From contig JAGWHH010000002.1 of the NCBI GenBank assembly GCA_028866935.1, positions 1 through 46,464 on the forward strand: DNA of 46,464 nucleotides, given 5' to 3'. The notes beneath the pieces were generated by a model that was given only the letters and a program-made list of their open reading frames with translations, had not been told where the DNA came from and searched no databases. Positions 38,588-46,382 of the stretch are shown here, one piece after another. Position 1 is the stretch's first letter; every line of letters starts with the position of its first letter. The stretch is from Candidatus Micrarchaeota archaeon. GTDB taxonomy: Archaea > Micrarchaeota > Micrarchaeia > Micrarchaeales > CABMGC01. The position numbers and the translations under genes are program-made.

Positions 38588-39425
38588 GGTGTTCCTCCTC
38601 ATCTGGCGGTTGCTCGTTCATTCCATATACGCTGTGTATTAGTATGTGCCCCATTGAGTCATGTAGCACTTCAACGTGTGTTCCATACAGCTCGCTGAGC
38701 TTTTTCGAAGTCAATACCTCTTTTGGGGTCCCTGTTGCAACCTTTCCGTTCGCTATGTATATTACCTTGTCAAGGAACTGGATCAAAGGGTTGATGTCGT
38801 GCGCAACAAGGAAGGTCGTGACCTTTCGCGACTGCACAACGCTGTCTATAAGACTTACCAGATCGCTTGCACGCTTGATGTCAAGGTTGGATAGCGGCTC
38901 GTCAAGCAGCAGCATTTCTGGATTGCTTACAAGTGCCTCAGCAAGAAATATCCTCTGGAGCTCCCCTCCAGATAGCGATGCCAGTGACTTGTGGGCAAGT
39001 TCAGCTGCTCCTACGTCCTTTAATGCCTTATATGCTAACTCTTTCTCTTTGCTTGACGTCAGGCCTATCCCCCACTTATGGCCAGAAATAGCAAGATGCA
39101 CCAGTTCTATGCACTCTATATTTGTCTCGTTGTCTATTGTGTGCCTCTGGGGAACATAACCTATCCTTTGGTTGCCACGCATTGGCGGCTCACCAAAAAC
39201 CTTTAAATCTCCGCTTACCGGCTCCTGGAGACCAAGGAGCATGCGGAACATTGTCGTCTTGCCAGCGCCGTTAGGCCCTATTACGGCAACGAACTCCCCA
39301 CGCTTGACCTCGAAGTTCGCACTCTGCCATATTTTTTTATCCTTGTATCCCACAGTCAGGTTTTTCGCCTTAACCACATCCTCGCGCATATCGGTCTTGA
39401 TCACTTTAGTATTCATAATAATCAT
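38571..39425 (-). CDS. znuC: Zn/Mn ABC transporter ATPase
   Basis: GPNGAGKT, GYVPQ, LSGGELQR, LLLDEP, AHD. Confidence 0.93.
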   Translation of the reverse strand: MIIMNTKVIKTDMREDVVKAKNLTVGYKDKKIWQSANFEVKRGEFVAVIGPNGAGKTTMFRMLLGLQEPVSGDLKVFGEPPMRGNQRIGYVPQRHTIDNETNIECIELVHLAISGHKWGIGLTSSKEKELAYKALKDVGAAELAHKSLASLSGGELQRIFLAEALVSNPEMLLLDEPLSNLDIKRASDLVSLIDSVVQSRKVTTFLVAHDINPLIQFLDKVIYIANGKVATGTPKEVLTSKKLSELYGTHVEVLHDSMGHILIHSVYGMNEQPPDEEEHHDVER

Positions 39426-39430
39426 TTACC

Positions 39431-40405
39431 TTACTGCCCAAGGGTCTTTGCACTGAGCGCATTCTGAAGCTGCAGCAGCTCACCAGTCATCCATGTCTCA
39501 AAAGAAACATCAGGGGGCTGAATCGTCTCAGTAACTCCAACTATTGACACATTGTTCTGGACTGCAATCTGTTTCATATGCTGCGTAAGCGGAGTTACAG
39601 TCTGCTCATTGTATACCAGTACGCTCACATTTCCGCTCTCCAACTGGTTCTGGAACTCTGCAACACTCTGCACGGAAGGATCGTTTCCATTAGATACTGC
39701 CTCCATGAATTCTGGAGGAGAGACAAGGTCAAGTCCAGACGCATTAGCCAGATATACGAAGATGCTCTCGGTAGAAGCGACCTTTGTGCCTGCGAACTGC
39801 TGCTTAATCTCACTTATCCTCCTGTCAACCTGCGCCAGTGAAGCAGTAACATTCGCATATTGCTGCGCATAATAGCTTGCGTTATTCGGATCAATCTGCA
39901 CAAGGTCCAGATACATCTGCTTTACGGTTGCATTCACATATGTGGGGTTGTACCAAAGGTGCGGATTCGATCCGTTAGGCACTCCAAGAAGGTCTGCAAC
40001 ATCCAACACCCTCCTCCCTGAATTATTGCTTGCTGAAATGAGCTTCAGTGCCCAATCATCATATCCCACCCCATTAACCACTACGAACTTTGCATTTGCT
40101 ATCATCTTCGCATCCACTGCACTCGCCTCATACTCGTGAGGGTCTGCATTCGGGTCTGTAACTATACTAGTCACGTTGCAGTGTATTCCACACAGCTGCC
40201 CAAGCAAGCTTCCCCAGAAGTTTTCCGCTGCAACAACTTGTATCTTTCCAATTCCAGGACTCTGTGAATTGCCTCCAGCAGAAGCCGTGGTTGGTGCAGG
40301 TCCAGAGCCTCCAGCTCCGACACTTCCAAGTACTAAAATTCCAGCTATTATAATCACTATCACAGCAGCAATTGCCATCATTTTGTTCCTGTTTCTAATT
40401 GCCAT
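39431..40405 (-). CDS. znuA: Zn/Mn ABC transporter substrate-binding protein
   Basis: N-terminal TM anchor, DPHEYE, NPHLWY; ATG 40405 after GGAGG. Confidence 0.9.
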   Translation of the reverse strand: MAIRNRNKMMAIAAVIVIIIAGILVLGSVGAGGSGPAPTTASAGGNSQSPGIGKIQVVAAENFWGSLLGQLCGIHCNVTSIVTDPNADPHEYEASAVDAKMIANAKFVVVNGVGYDDWALKLISASNNSGRRVLDVADLLGVPNGSNPHLWYNPTYVNATVKQMYLDLVQIDPNNASYYAQQYANVTASLAQVDRRISEIKQQFAGTKVASTESIFVYLANASGLDLVSPPEFMEAVSNGNDPSVQSVAEFQNQLESGNVSVLVYNEQTVTPLTQHMKQIAVQNNVSIVGVTETIQPPDVSFETWMTGELLQLQNALSAKTLGQ

Positions 40406-40444
40406 TGTATCCTCCTTTAAGTAATTTATGGGCAACGGCCATGT

Positions 40445-40476
40445 TAATAAGTTTTTGCATTCTTATTATTAAGAAT
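40445..40476. promoter_or_regulatory. Candidate operator: overlapping dyads TAATAAG-N10-CTTATTA and ATTCTTA-N4-TAAGAAT
   Basis: Inverted repeats between divergent metal ABC operon and NikR-like regulator. Confidence 0.45.
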
Positions 40477-40507
40477 AGCCGCCATTTAGCTCTAATTTTA
40501 ATAAAAA

Positions 40508-40906
40508 GTGGTATTTCTGGAAATTATAAGTATCTCAATAGATGAAGAGACCCTGAGCGAGCTAAACGAGATACAGCGTGCGCTAGGATTCAAAAGCAGG
40601 TCAAAGATGCTAAGATCGACAATAGACTTGCTGCTGGGCGAATACAGGGCCTTGGAATCCCTAAATGGCAGGCACGAGGTTGTATTCATTATAACCTACA
40701 GGGACAAGGAAAAGAACCACGTGTCAAACATACTGCACAAGTTCGAAAATGAAGTCAAGGTTACTGTCCATCAGCACAGGGGAACAATGTGCCTTGATAC
40801 CTTGAACATAGACGCCGATTCTGAGGTAATAAAACGTCTTTTCAAGGAAATGAAAGGCAGCAAGTGCATAAGGTCGCTAAACTTCGCCCTATTGGGGCAT
40901 TACTAA
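40508..40906 (+). CDS. NikR-like CopG/RHH metal-responsive regulator (start GTG 40508 or CTG 40517)
   Basis: IISISID...GFKSRSKMLR RHH domain; VHQH and C ligands in C-terminal domain. Confidence 0.85.
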   Translation: MVFLEIISISIDEETLSELNEIQRALGFKSRSKMLRSTIDLLLGEYRALESLNGRHEVVFIITYRDKEKNHVSNILHKFENEVKVTVHQHRGTMCLDTLNIDADSEVIKRLFKEMKGSKCIRSLNFALLGHY

Positions 40907-40959
40907 TGATATTTATATCAGTAAAGTGCGATGCACATTAATTATCAGGTGTTACAAGC

Positions 40960-42225
40960 GTGAACAGGGAAAAAAGAAAGATAAGCAAGGCCAAGAATTA
41001 TCTAGCACACAGGGGATATTCAACTTCAAAGGCAGATCCAGATGATCAGACGTTTCAAAGGCGCCTTAAAATGGCAAAAGCTTACAGTGAAGGTCGGAAA
41101 AGACTATACTCTACACTTGCTCTTATTGCTTCAGGCGTAGCATGGGCAGGATTAATTGCTGTTGAGGCAAATACTCACTCCATGATACAACAGAATCCCC
41201 AAATCAAATCCATAAAAGCACAAGTACCTCCAGGGGGGTACCGGGCAATAGGGATATCTGCAGTAGGTACCAATTATCAATGCAGCCAAACATATCTCTG
41301 CGGACCATTCGGCACCCCGGTAAATACTGGAGAAATAGTTGGATATGCAAAAATAAATAGCATCAAAGTATCAAAGGATGTTACCTCGTCCGGAAATGGT
41401 ATTGTTGAAGGGCAGCGGCAGGCCAGCCTTCAGCTTAATGCATACGTCGATTTGACCTCTGGCACCGCAGCAAATATAAAAAACAATTATATCTGGGTTC
41501 AAAATGTAATGACAATAGATAATGTTAGCTCTACTATAAGTTTCAGTGACTCTATCTATCCTGGTTATTCGTACGATACGACCATTAATGACTTTAGAAA
41601 AGCTCCCCCTCTGCACTTTAACCAAAGAACCATCAAAGGCCAAGGCACATCACAGGGCAACGTGTATCAATACGATCCAAATAACACAACTTATCCTTAT
41701 AAAAAAGGCACACAAGTATATCTTACAATTAAGGCTGGGCAGATAGCAGATTATCCCGTCTTGGAATTTGGCTACGCTGTTGTAGACAAAAAAGCCACAG
41801 TATCCTCAGGAATTTATGATACGGTAACATTGATGGTGCCAGTGGCTCAGACTAATTACTCCGGAAATATACCGCAGATTGTAGCTCAAAATAGCGGAGG
41901 CCAAGATGCATATACTAACAACAGCCAAAATCGCGTAGACTTGGTATTCTGCGGACCTTACAACGGTGAAAATGCTGTCTTTAAAAGTATGAATGCAAAC
42001 CTCGCACTTTATTTCCAAGCTGAAGATGGAACATTCCAGCAACTAAACTCCATGTATGCATCATCACAAGACACAGGAGAAGGTACCTCTAATCTAAGGA
42101 CAACTGTACCAAAAACCGGCTACATAATCGTAAATACCGGCGAATTGAATGGGAGAGAAGAATCAGAAGCAAACTTTCCAATAGCCTCCCTCCTCAGGGA
42201 CCCTTCAACTGCATCTAATTTCTAA
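40960..42225 (+). CDS. Thermopsin-like (peptidase A5) membrane-anchored protein
   Basis: ASLQLNA, WVQNV, DLVFCGPYNG, DTGE motifs; basic N-terminal region then one TM helix. Confidence 0.75.
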   Translation: MNREKRKISKAKNYLAHRGYSTSKADPDDQTFQRRLKMAKAYSEGRKRLYSTLALIASGVAWAGLIAVEANTHSMIQQNPQIKSIKAQVPPGGYRAIGISAVGTNYQCSQTYLCGPFGTPVNTGEIVGYAKINSIKVSKDVTSSGNGIVEGQRQASLQLNAYVDLTSGTAANIKNNYIWVQNVMTIDNVSSTISFSDSIYPGYSYDTTINDFRKAPPLHFNQRTIKGQGTSQGNVYQYDPNNTTYPYKKGTQVYLTIKAGQIADYPVLEFGYAVVDKKATVSSGIYDTVTLMVPVAQTNYSGNIPQIVAQNSGGQDAYTNNSQNRVDLVFCGPYNGENAVFKSMNANLALYFQAEDGTFQQLNSMYASSQDTGEGTSNLRTTVPKTGYIIVNTGELNGREESEANFPIASLLRDPSTASNF

Positions 42226-42265
42226 GAGCGCCACTGATTTGAAAGGATTATAGCCTTTTCCACTA

Positions 42266-43831
42266 ATGAATAAAACAGAGATGCCTATGGATAAATCTAA
42301 GGAAGATATGCGGGGTAAGCATTGGACGCAGATACTTGCAGACCAGCTTGAAGAGGCCAAAAAAGCCCCATACGTAATAACAGGAGGCATGACTACCAGC
42401 GGACCTGCCCATTTAGGTACTGTATGCGAGTTCCTTTATCCTGAGGTTCTGAAACAGACACTGGAAGGCAGGGGCAAGACGGTAGAGTTTCACTTCATTG
42501 GAGATATACTAGACGCGTTCGATGGAATTCCATACGAGATGCAAAAATACTCAGATGTACTTACCCCGGAGCTTGGAAAGCCTCTCGTATACACAAAGGA
42601 TCCGCTAGACTGTCATAAATCATTCGGAGAGCACTACCTTGACCAGGCAAGGAATCTTATGAAAAAACTTTCCTTAAGCATTGATGTAATTGAAGTTAAC
42701 CGGCTTTACGACCAGGGAAAGTTTGATCCGTATGCGATGCTGTTTCTGGAAAACGAGCAGAAAACAAGGGAGATAGTCGCTATAACTTCACTGAGGAAGG
42801 TAGAGGACCTTAAGGACTGGAGCCCCCTAATGCCCATATGCCACAAGTGCGGCAAGATAGCAACCACAAGGGTAATCTTACACACAAACGACGAATATGA
42901 TTATGTATGCGATAGGGATGTTGAGTATACAAAAGGTTGCGGTTACAAAGGCAGGGCAAAGCTCTCAGATCACAAATACAAGCTTCAGTGGAGGCTTCAC
43001 TGGCCTTCCTGGCAGGCGATATTCAACTCAAGCATAGAAGGTAGCGGCATAGACCACATGACAAAAGGAGGCAGCGCGACAACTGCTCCAATGATACATA
43101 CTGATTTGCTAAAAAGAGAACCACCAATTCTCTTCAAGTACGGATTCATACTGATAAACGGCAAGAAGTACTCGAAGTCAAAGGGAATAGGCATGAGTGC
43201 AACTGAGCTCATGGAGCTTGTACCACCTGAGCTAGTAAAGTATGTACTCACAGAGCCCGACGTACAGCGTGACAAGGACATAGATCCCACTGGCGACAAG
43301 CTAATACTTTTGTATAACGAGATAGAACGCATAAATGCGCTTAAGGCACCTGAGAACAGGGCAGACGAGAAAAAGGTCTTGGCATTCAAAGTGTCAATAA
43401 AGTCATTATCATGGAAGGCATCGTTTGTTGACGTATTACTTAACTACCAGATATTCAAAGACTGGAAAAAGGTCGGTGCGCTCCTGAATGATCCCCAAGG
43501 CGTGGCATACCTTGCACCTTACATAGAGAGATGGCTTGCAAAGGGATTTGCACCGGAAAGGTATAATTTCTCTATAAAAAATGGAAAGATAACAGAAAGT
43601 AAAGAACTTGTAAAGGATTTCATCTCGCATCTCAAGCCAGGAATGACAGATCTTGAAGTACACAACCTTATCTATCAAACTGCAAAAGCAAATAACATCA
43701 GTGCTGACCCTCTTTTTGCTGCGCTGTACACTGCACTGATAGGAAAGGAGAAAGGGCCCAGGGCGGGAAAGCTCATAGCCTCTATTGGTATAGCAAAAGT
43801 CAAGGAAATGCTCGAATATTCAATAAGCTAA
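42266..43831 (+). CDS. lysS: Lysyl-tRNA synthetase, class I
   Basis: SGPAHLG (HIGH-like), CHKCGKI, KLQWRLHWP, KYSKSKG, GPRAG. Confidence 0.95.
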   Translation: MNKTEMPMDKSKEDMRGKHWTQILADQLEEAKKAPYVITGGMTTSGPAHLGTVCEFLYPEVLKQTLEGRGKTVEFHFIGDILDAFDGIPYEMQKYSDVLTPELGKPLVYTKDPLDCHKSFGEHYLDQARNLMKKLSLSIDVIEVNRLYDQGKFDPYAMLFLENEQKTREIVAITSLRKVEDLKDWSPLMPICHKCGKIATTRVILHTNDEYDYVCDRDVEYTKGCGYKGRAKLSDHKYKLQWRLHWPSWQAIFNSSIEGSGIDHMTKGGSATTAPMIHTDLLKREPPILFKYGFILINGKKYSKSKGIGMSATELMELVPPELVKYVLTEPDVQRDKDIDPTGDKLILLYNEIERINALKAPENRADEKKVLAFKVSIKSLSWKASFVDVLLNYQIFKDWKKVGALLNDPQGVAYLAPYIERWLAKGFAPERYNFSIKNGKITESKELVKDFISHLKPGMTDLEVHNLIYQTAKANNISADPLFAALYTALIGKEKGPRAGKLIASIGIAKVKEMLEYSIS

Positions 43832-43990
43832 ACTTTCCGTTATGGCGCTATTTAGCTCAAAACCTGACATGAATACCTAGGGCATTCGCCAAACCTCGTT
43901 GTGGTTGAAGCTTATTGTGCAGTAAATATACGCTTTTATGATGAGAAATACTTAACTCTACGCGATGTTCGTTGCGCTGAAGTGCCAACT

Positions 43991-44029
43991 ATGGATTTAA
44001 AGTATGGGGTATGCGGGCAAGAAATCTGA
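43991..44029 (+). pseudogene. 12-codon truncated ORF at the tnpA start position of a leader copy (MDLKYGVCGQEI*)
   Basis: ATG lies 8 nt after CTGAAG exactly as in element 2; stops within an IS-end-like hairpin. Confidence 0.4.
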
Positions 44030-44160
44030 CTGCCTTTTAAGGCGGAGATGAATTGACTCCACAGCGTGAGACAAACAAATATCTTTTCCTCCAGAAAAAT
44101 ATCAGTGGCAGCAGTGCCGCGGTCATTACGCGGCCGGACACTACCACCGAAGGAACCAAT

Positions 44161-44592
44161 ATAAATGGCGTGAGCTTTGAGTCGAAATCTGTGCACGGTG
44201 TCGGGCAACTTGTTTTCCACCTTGAGTGGTGCCCGAAGTATCGGTACAATATGTTGAGGCAGGAAAGATTTAAGGATTTTCTTGCCACGATCTTGGAAGA
44301 GGAGTCAACGAAACTTCGTTGCCGAATTATCGAGATGGGAATAGAAGACGACCATGTCCACCTTGTTATTGCAACGAGACAATCAATTTCCATCAGCGAA
44401 CTGCTCCAACATCTGAAAGGCAAGAGTTCGTACAAACTATTTCGATACGAACCAAAGTTCAGGCTTCGATATCCAAAGGGAAGTTTCTGGAGCCCAGAAA
44501 AATTTTACAGGAGTGTCGGCGATGTGGACTTAGAAACAGTAAGGAACTATGTCAGAAAACAGGACCATAGGCAGAGGACACTTGCAATGTAA
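44161..44592 (+). CDS. tnpA: IS200/IS605 Y1 HUH transposase
   Basis: HLEWCPKYR, DHVHL (HUH), LKGKSS, FWS, NYVRKQ (catalytic Tyr); start ATA 44161 by leader alignment, or GTG 44170. Confidence 0.93.
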   Translation: MNGVSFESKSVHGVGQLVFHLEWCPKYRYNMLRQERFKDFLATILEEESTKLRCRIIEMGIEDDHVHLVIATRQSISISELLQHLKGKSSYKLFRYEPKFRLRYPKGSFWSPEKFYRSVGDVDLETVRNYVRKQDHRQRTLAM

Positions 44593-44702
44593 CTGCACTG
44601 CAAGCGAGGGCGTCAGAATCCGCACCCTTTAGGGTTTGCGGAGGGACGCCCGAGCTGCCTAGGGTTCATAAGGGGCGAAGCCCCTTATCTCAAGCCTCCC
44701 AA

Positions 44703-44752
44703 AATAACGGACTTTTCCAAAACGTTGGCACAGACCTATCTGCATTTATATA
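44703..44752 (+). promoter_or_regulatory. Variant of the AATAAC...TATA promoter motif
   Basis: AATAACG-N16-TGG, TTTATATA at 44745 (42-nt spacing), GTGA leader at 44776. Confidence 0.55.
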
Positions 44753-44783
44753 TGAGACTTTGTAACTCAAATATTGTGATAAA

Positions 44784-45449
44784 ATGGCAGTTGCAGTGAA
44801 AACAAAGTTGAAATTTACAGAGTTTCAGGTAGGGAATCTTACTGTAGGCGTGGTCAGGACGGATGCAGACCATGCTGCCTCCATGAGGGCGCTTAGGGAA
44901 AACGGATACGAACCAATGACTACACACCAGCAGGTTCTTACTTCAATAGATGGAAACGAAGGCCTTAAAGGAAGTCTGAAGGGGACGTGGTTCCACACAG
45001 ACATTGATCCAAGATCGATTGGTAGCAGAGATGGATTGAGAGGATTTACTGAGAAAGGAAAGTTTACCGAACCAGGTTCTGATATTGAAAGAAATGTTCG
45101 TGTCTGGTCAGGAAGCAACCCTGTCCGGGTCTTCGTCAGGTCGGACTACTACGCTCGTCTCAGCAGCAGGCGATACTACCTCTACGCGAACCTCAGGCCT
45201 GGTCTTGTTGCGCCGGTGGTGCTTGGCATCAAGCAAGTAGGGCAGCCAAGCCAAGCTCAAGCTGGCGTCCTAGAAGCAGCACAAGCTTCAAAACAGTTGC
45301 AAACAGCAGTACAGAACGTAGCAAGAAGCTTAGGTCCTGCCGAAGAGGTAGTCTCAAGAATTGAAGAGTCTGGCTTGATGAGAAATGCGGACTTCAGGAA
45401 GCTTAAGGCTCTAGTAAGAGACGCAGCAAAACTTGGACAAATAAGTTAA
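44784..45449 (+). CDS. Lineage-specific paralog family protein; candidate DGR target (VR-like segment about 45123-45230)
   Basis: Family motifs; 36-codon segment with 18 NNC codons and only one A-ending codon. Confidence 0.75.
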   Translation: MAVAVKTKLKFTEFQVGNLTVGVVRTDADHAASMRALRENGYEPMTTHQQVLTSIDGNEGLKGSLKGTWFHTDIDPRSIGSRDGLRGFTEKGKFTEPGSDIERNVRVWSGSNPVRVFVRSDYYARLSSRRYYLYANLRPGLVAPVVLGIKQVGQPSQAQAGVLEAAQASKQLQTAVQNVARSLGPAEEVVSRIEESGLMRNADFRKLKALVRDAAKLGQIS

Positions 45450-46127
45450 TACCTGAGAATTCCCCCAACCTCGTTTGTGGTTGAAGCCTAATTCTACATC
45501 AAATATACGTTTTTCTTGAGAAAAAGTAGCGACGCGACGTGATGTTCGTCGCGCCGAAGTATCAACGATGAGTCTAACTCATGCAAAAAATATAAAGGAA
45601 TTGGACTTGGTGTACAATTTTCAGCACATTGTGCCTGTATCAAAGTACCGATTCAAAGTCTTCAGAAATCCAAGGACGCAGAAAGTTGTTGCAGATGCAT
45701 TCAGAGAAGTGGAAATACAATTCGGCATCAAGATAAAGGAATTTGCCTTCGGGGACGATTATGCACACATTCACATGGAAGTTAACGTACCCAGAAATCT
45801 TTCGATGCAGCAGGTGGAACAGATTTTGAAATCACACTCTGCCTCTAAAGTATTCAAAGAAATGCCAAATTTCATTAAAAGATATCCTGACAAACATTTC
45901 TGGGGTGGTCAACCTTCAGGAACCAGCGTAGGGCCTGTGGGTGAACACGTCATACAGAATTACATCAGAATGCAGGATGTTTCTTACGAACCGTTTCTGC
46001 AACACGAAGAGCAAAGACCTCAGATGAAACTGCAATTAAACTGATGCGTAGGTCGCCTTCCGCTGGTTTTCCGCGTATGGACCCGACCATGCCGAGGGTT
46101 TATAAGGGGCCAAGCCCCCTATTTCAT
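45448..46127 (+). mobile_element. IS200-type element 2 (tnpA only)
   Basis: Left part AATACCT...CAACCTCGTTTGTGGTTGAAGC; terminal hairpin ATAAGGGGC-caa-GCCCCCTAT (46102-46122); ends approximate. Confidence 0.7.
45568..46044 (+). CDS. tnpA: IS200/IS605 Y1 HUH transposase
   Basis: HIVPVSKYR, AHIHM (HUH), LKSHSA, HFWG, NYIRMQ. Confidence 0.92.
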   Translation: MSLTHAKNIKELDLVYNFQHIVPVSKYRFKVFRNPRTQKVVADAFREVEIQFGIKIKEFAFGDDYAHIHMEVNVPRNLSMQQVEQILKSHSASKVFKEMPNFIKRYPDKHFWGGQPSGTSVGPVGEHVIQNYIRMQDVSYEPFLQHEEQRPQMKLQLN

Positions 46128-46157
46128 AATATGGTCTTTCATTAAATGAATGGTAAT

Positions 46158-46382
46158 ATGGCATCTAGGGCAATAATAATCGGAATAGTCTTGCTTATAC
46201 TAATCATAATAATAGGAATTTTTGTTCTATACACTCTTGGCAATACCAAAAGTCATACGCCGCAATATTCGGGGCGTAACCAAAGTGGATACAACTCCAG
46301 CGGATACAACTCAACAGGCTACAACCGGAGCGGATACAACTCCTCAGTGACCATAGTTAAGAAAGGCGGCCCGATAAGCTAG
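46158..46382 (+). CDS. Small membrane-anchored protein with (S/T)GYN(S/R) repeats
   Basis: Ile-rich TM helix followed by repeats; ATG 46158 after TGGT (46146 alternative). Confidence 0.65.
   Translation: MASRAIIIGIVLLILIIIIGIFVLYTLGNTKSHTPQYSGRNQSGYNSSGYNSTGYNRSGYNSSVTIVKKGGPIS
46284..46343 (+). repeat. Four 15-nt coding tandem repeats
   Basis: agtggatacaactcc / agcggatacaactca / acaggctacaaccgg / agcggatacaactcc. Confidence 0.85.

Larger units (their letters stand above)
43872..44693 (+). mobile_element. IS200-type element 1 (tnpA only), with duplicated/nested 5' region
   Basis: Left part homologous to 45448-45570; terminal hairpin ATAAGGGGC-gaa-GCCCCTTAT (44668-44688) then TCAA; ends approximate. 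Confidence 0.7.

Noticed and set aside
43935..43950. TGATGAGAAA as a hammerhead ribozyme core
   Set aside because: Lacks the CTGATGA context and stem II, and is not conserved in element 2
44593..45449. ORF 44784 as TnpB/IscB partner of tnpA
   Set aside because: No RuvC, HNH or zinc-finger motifs; it lies outside the terminal hairpin and belongs to the paralog family
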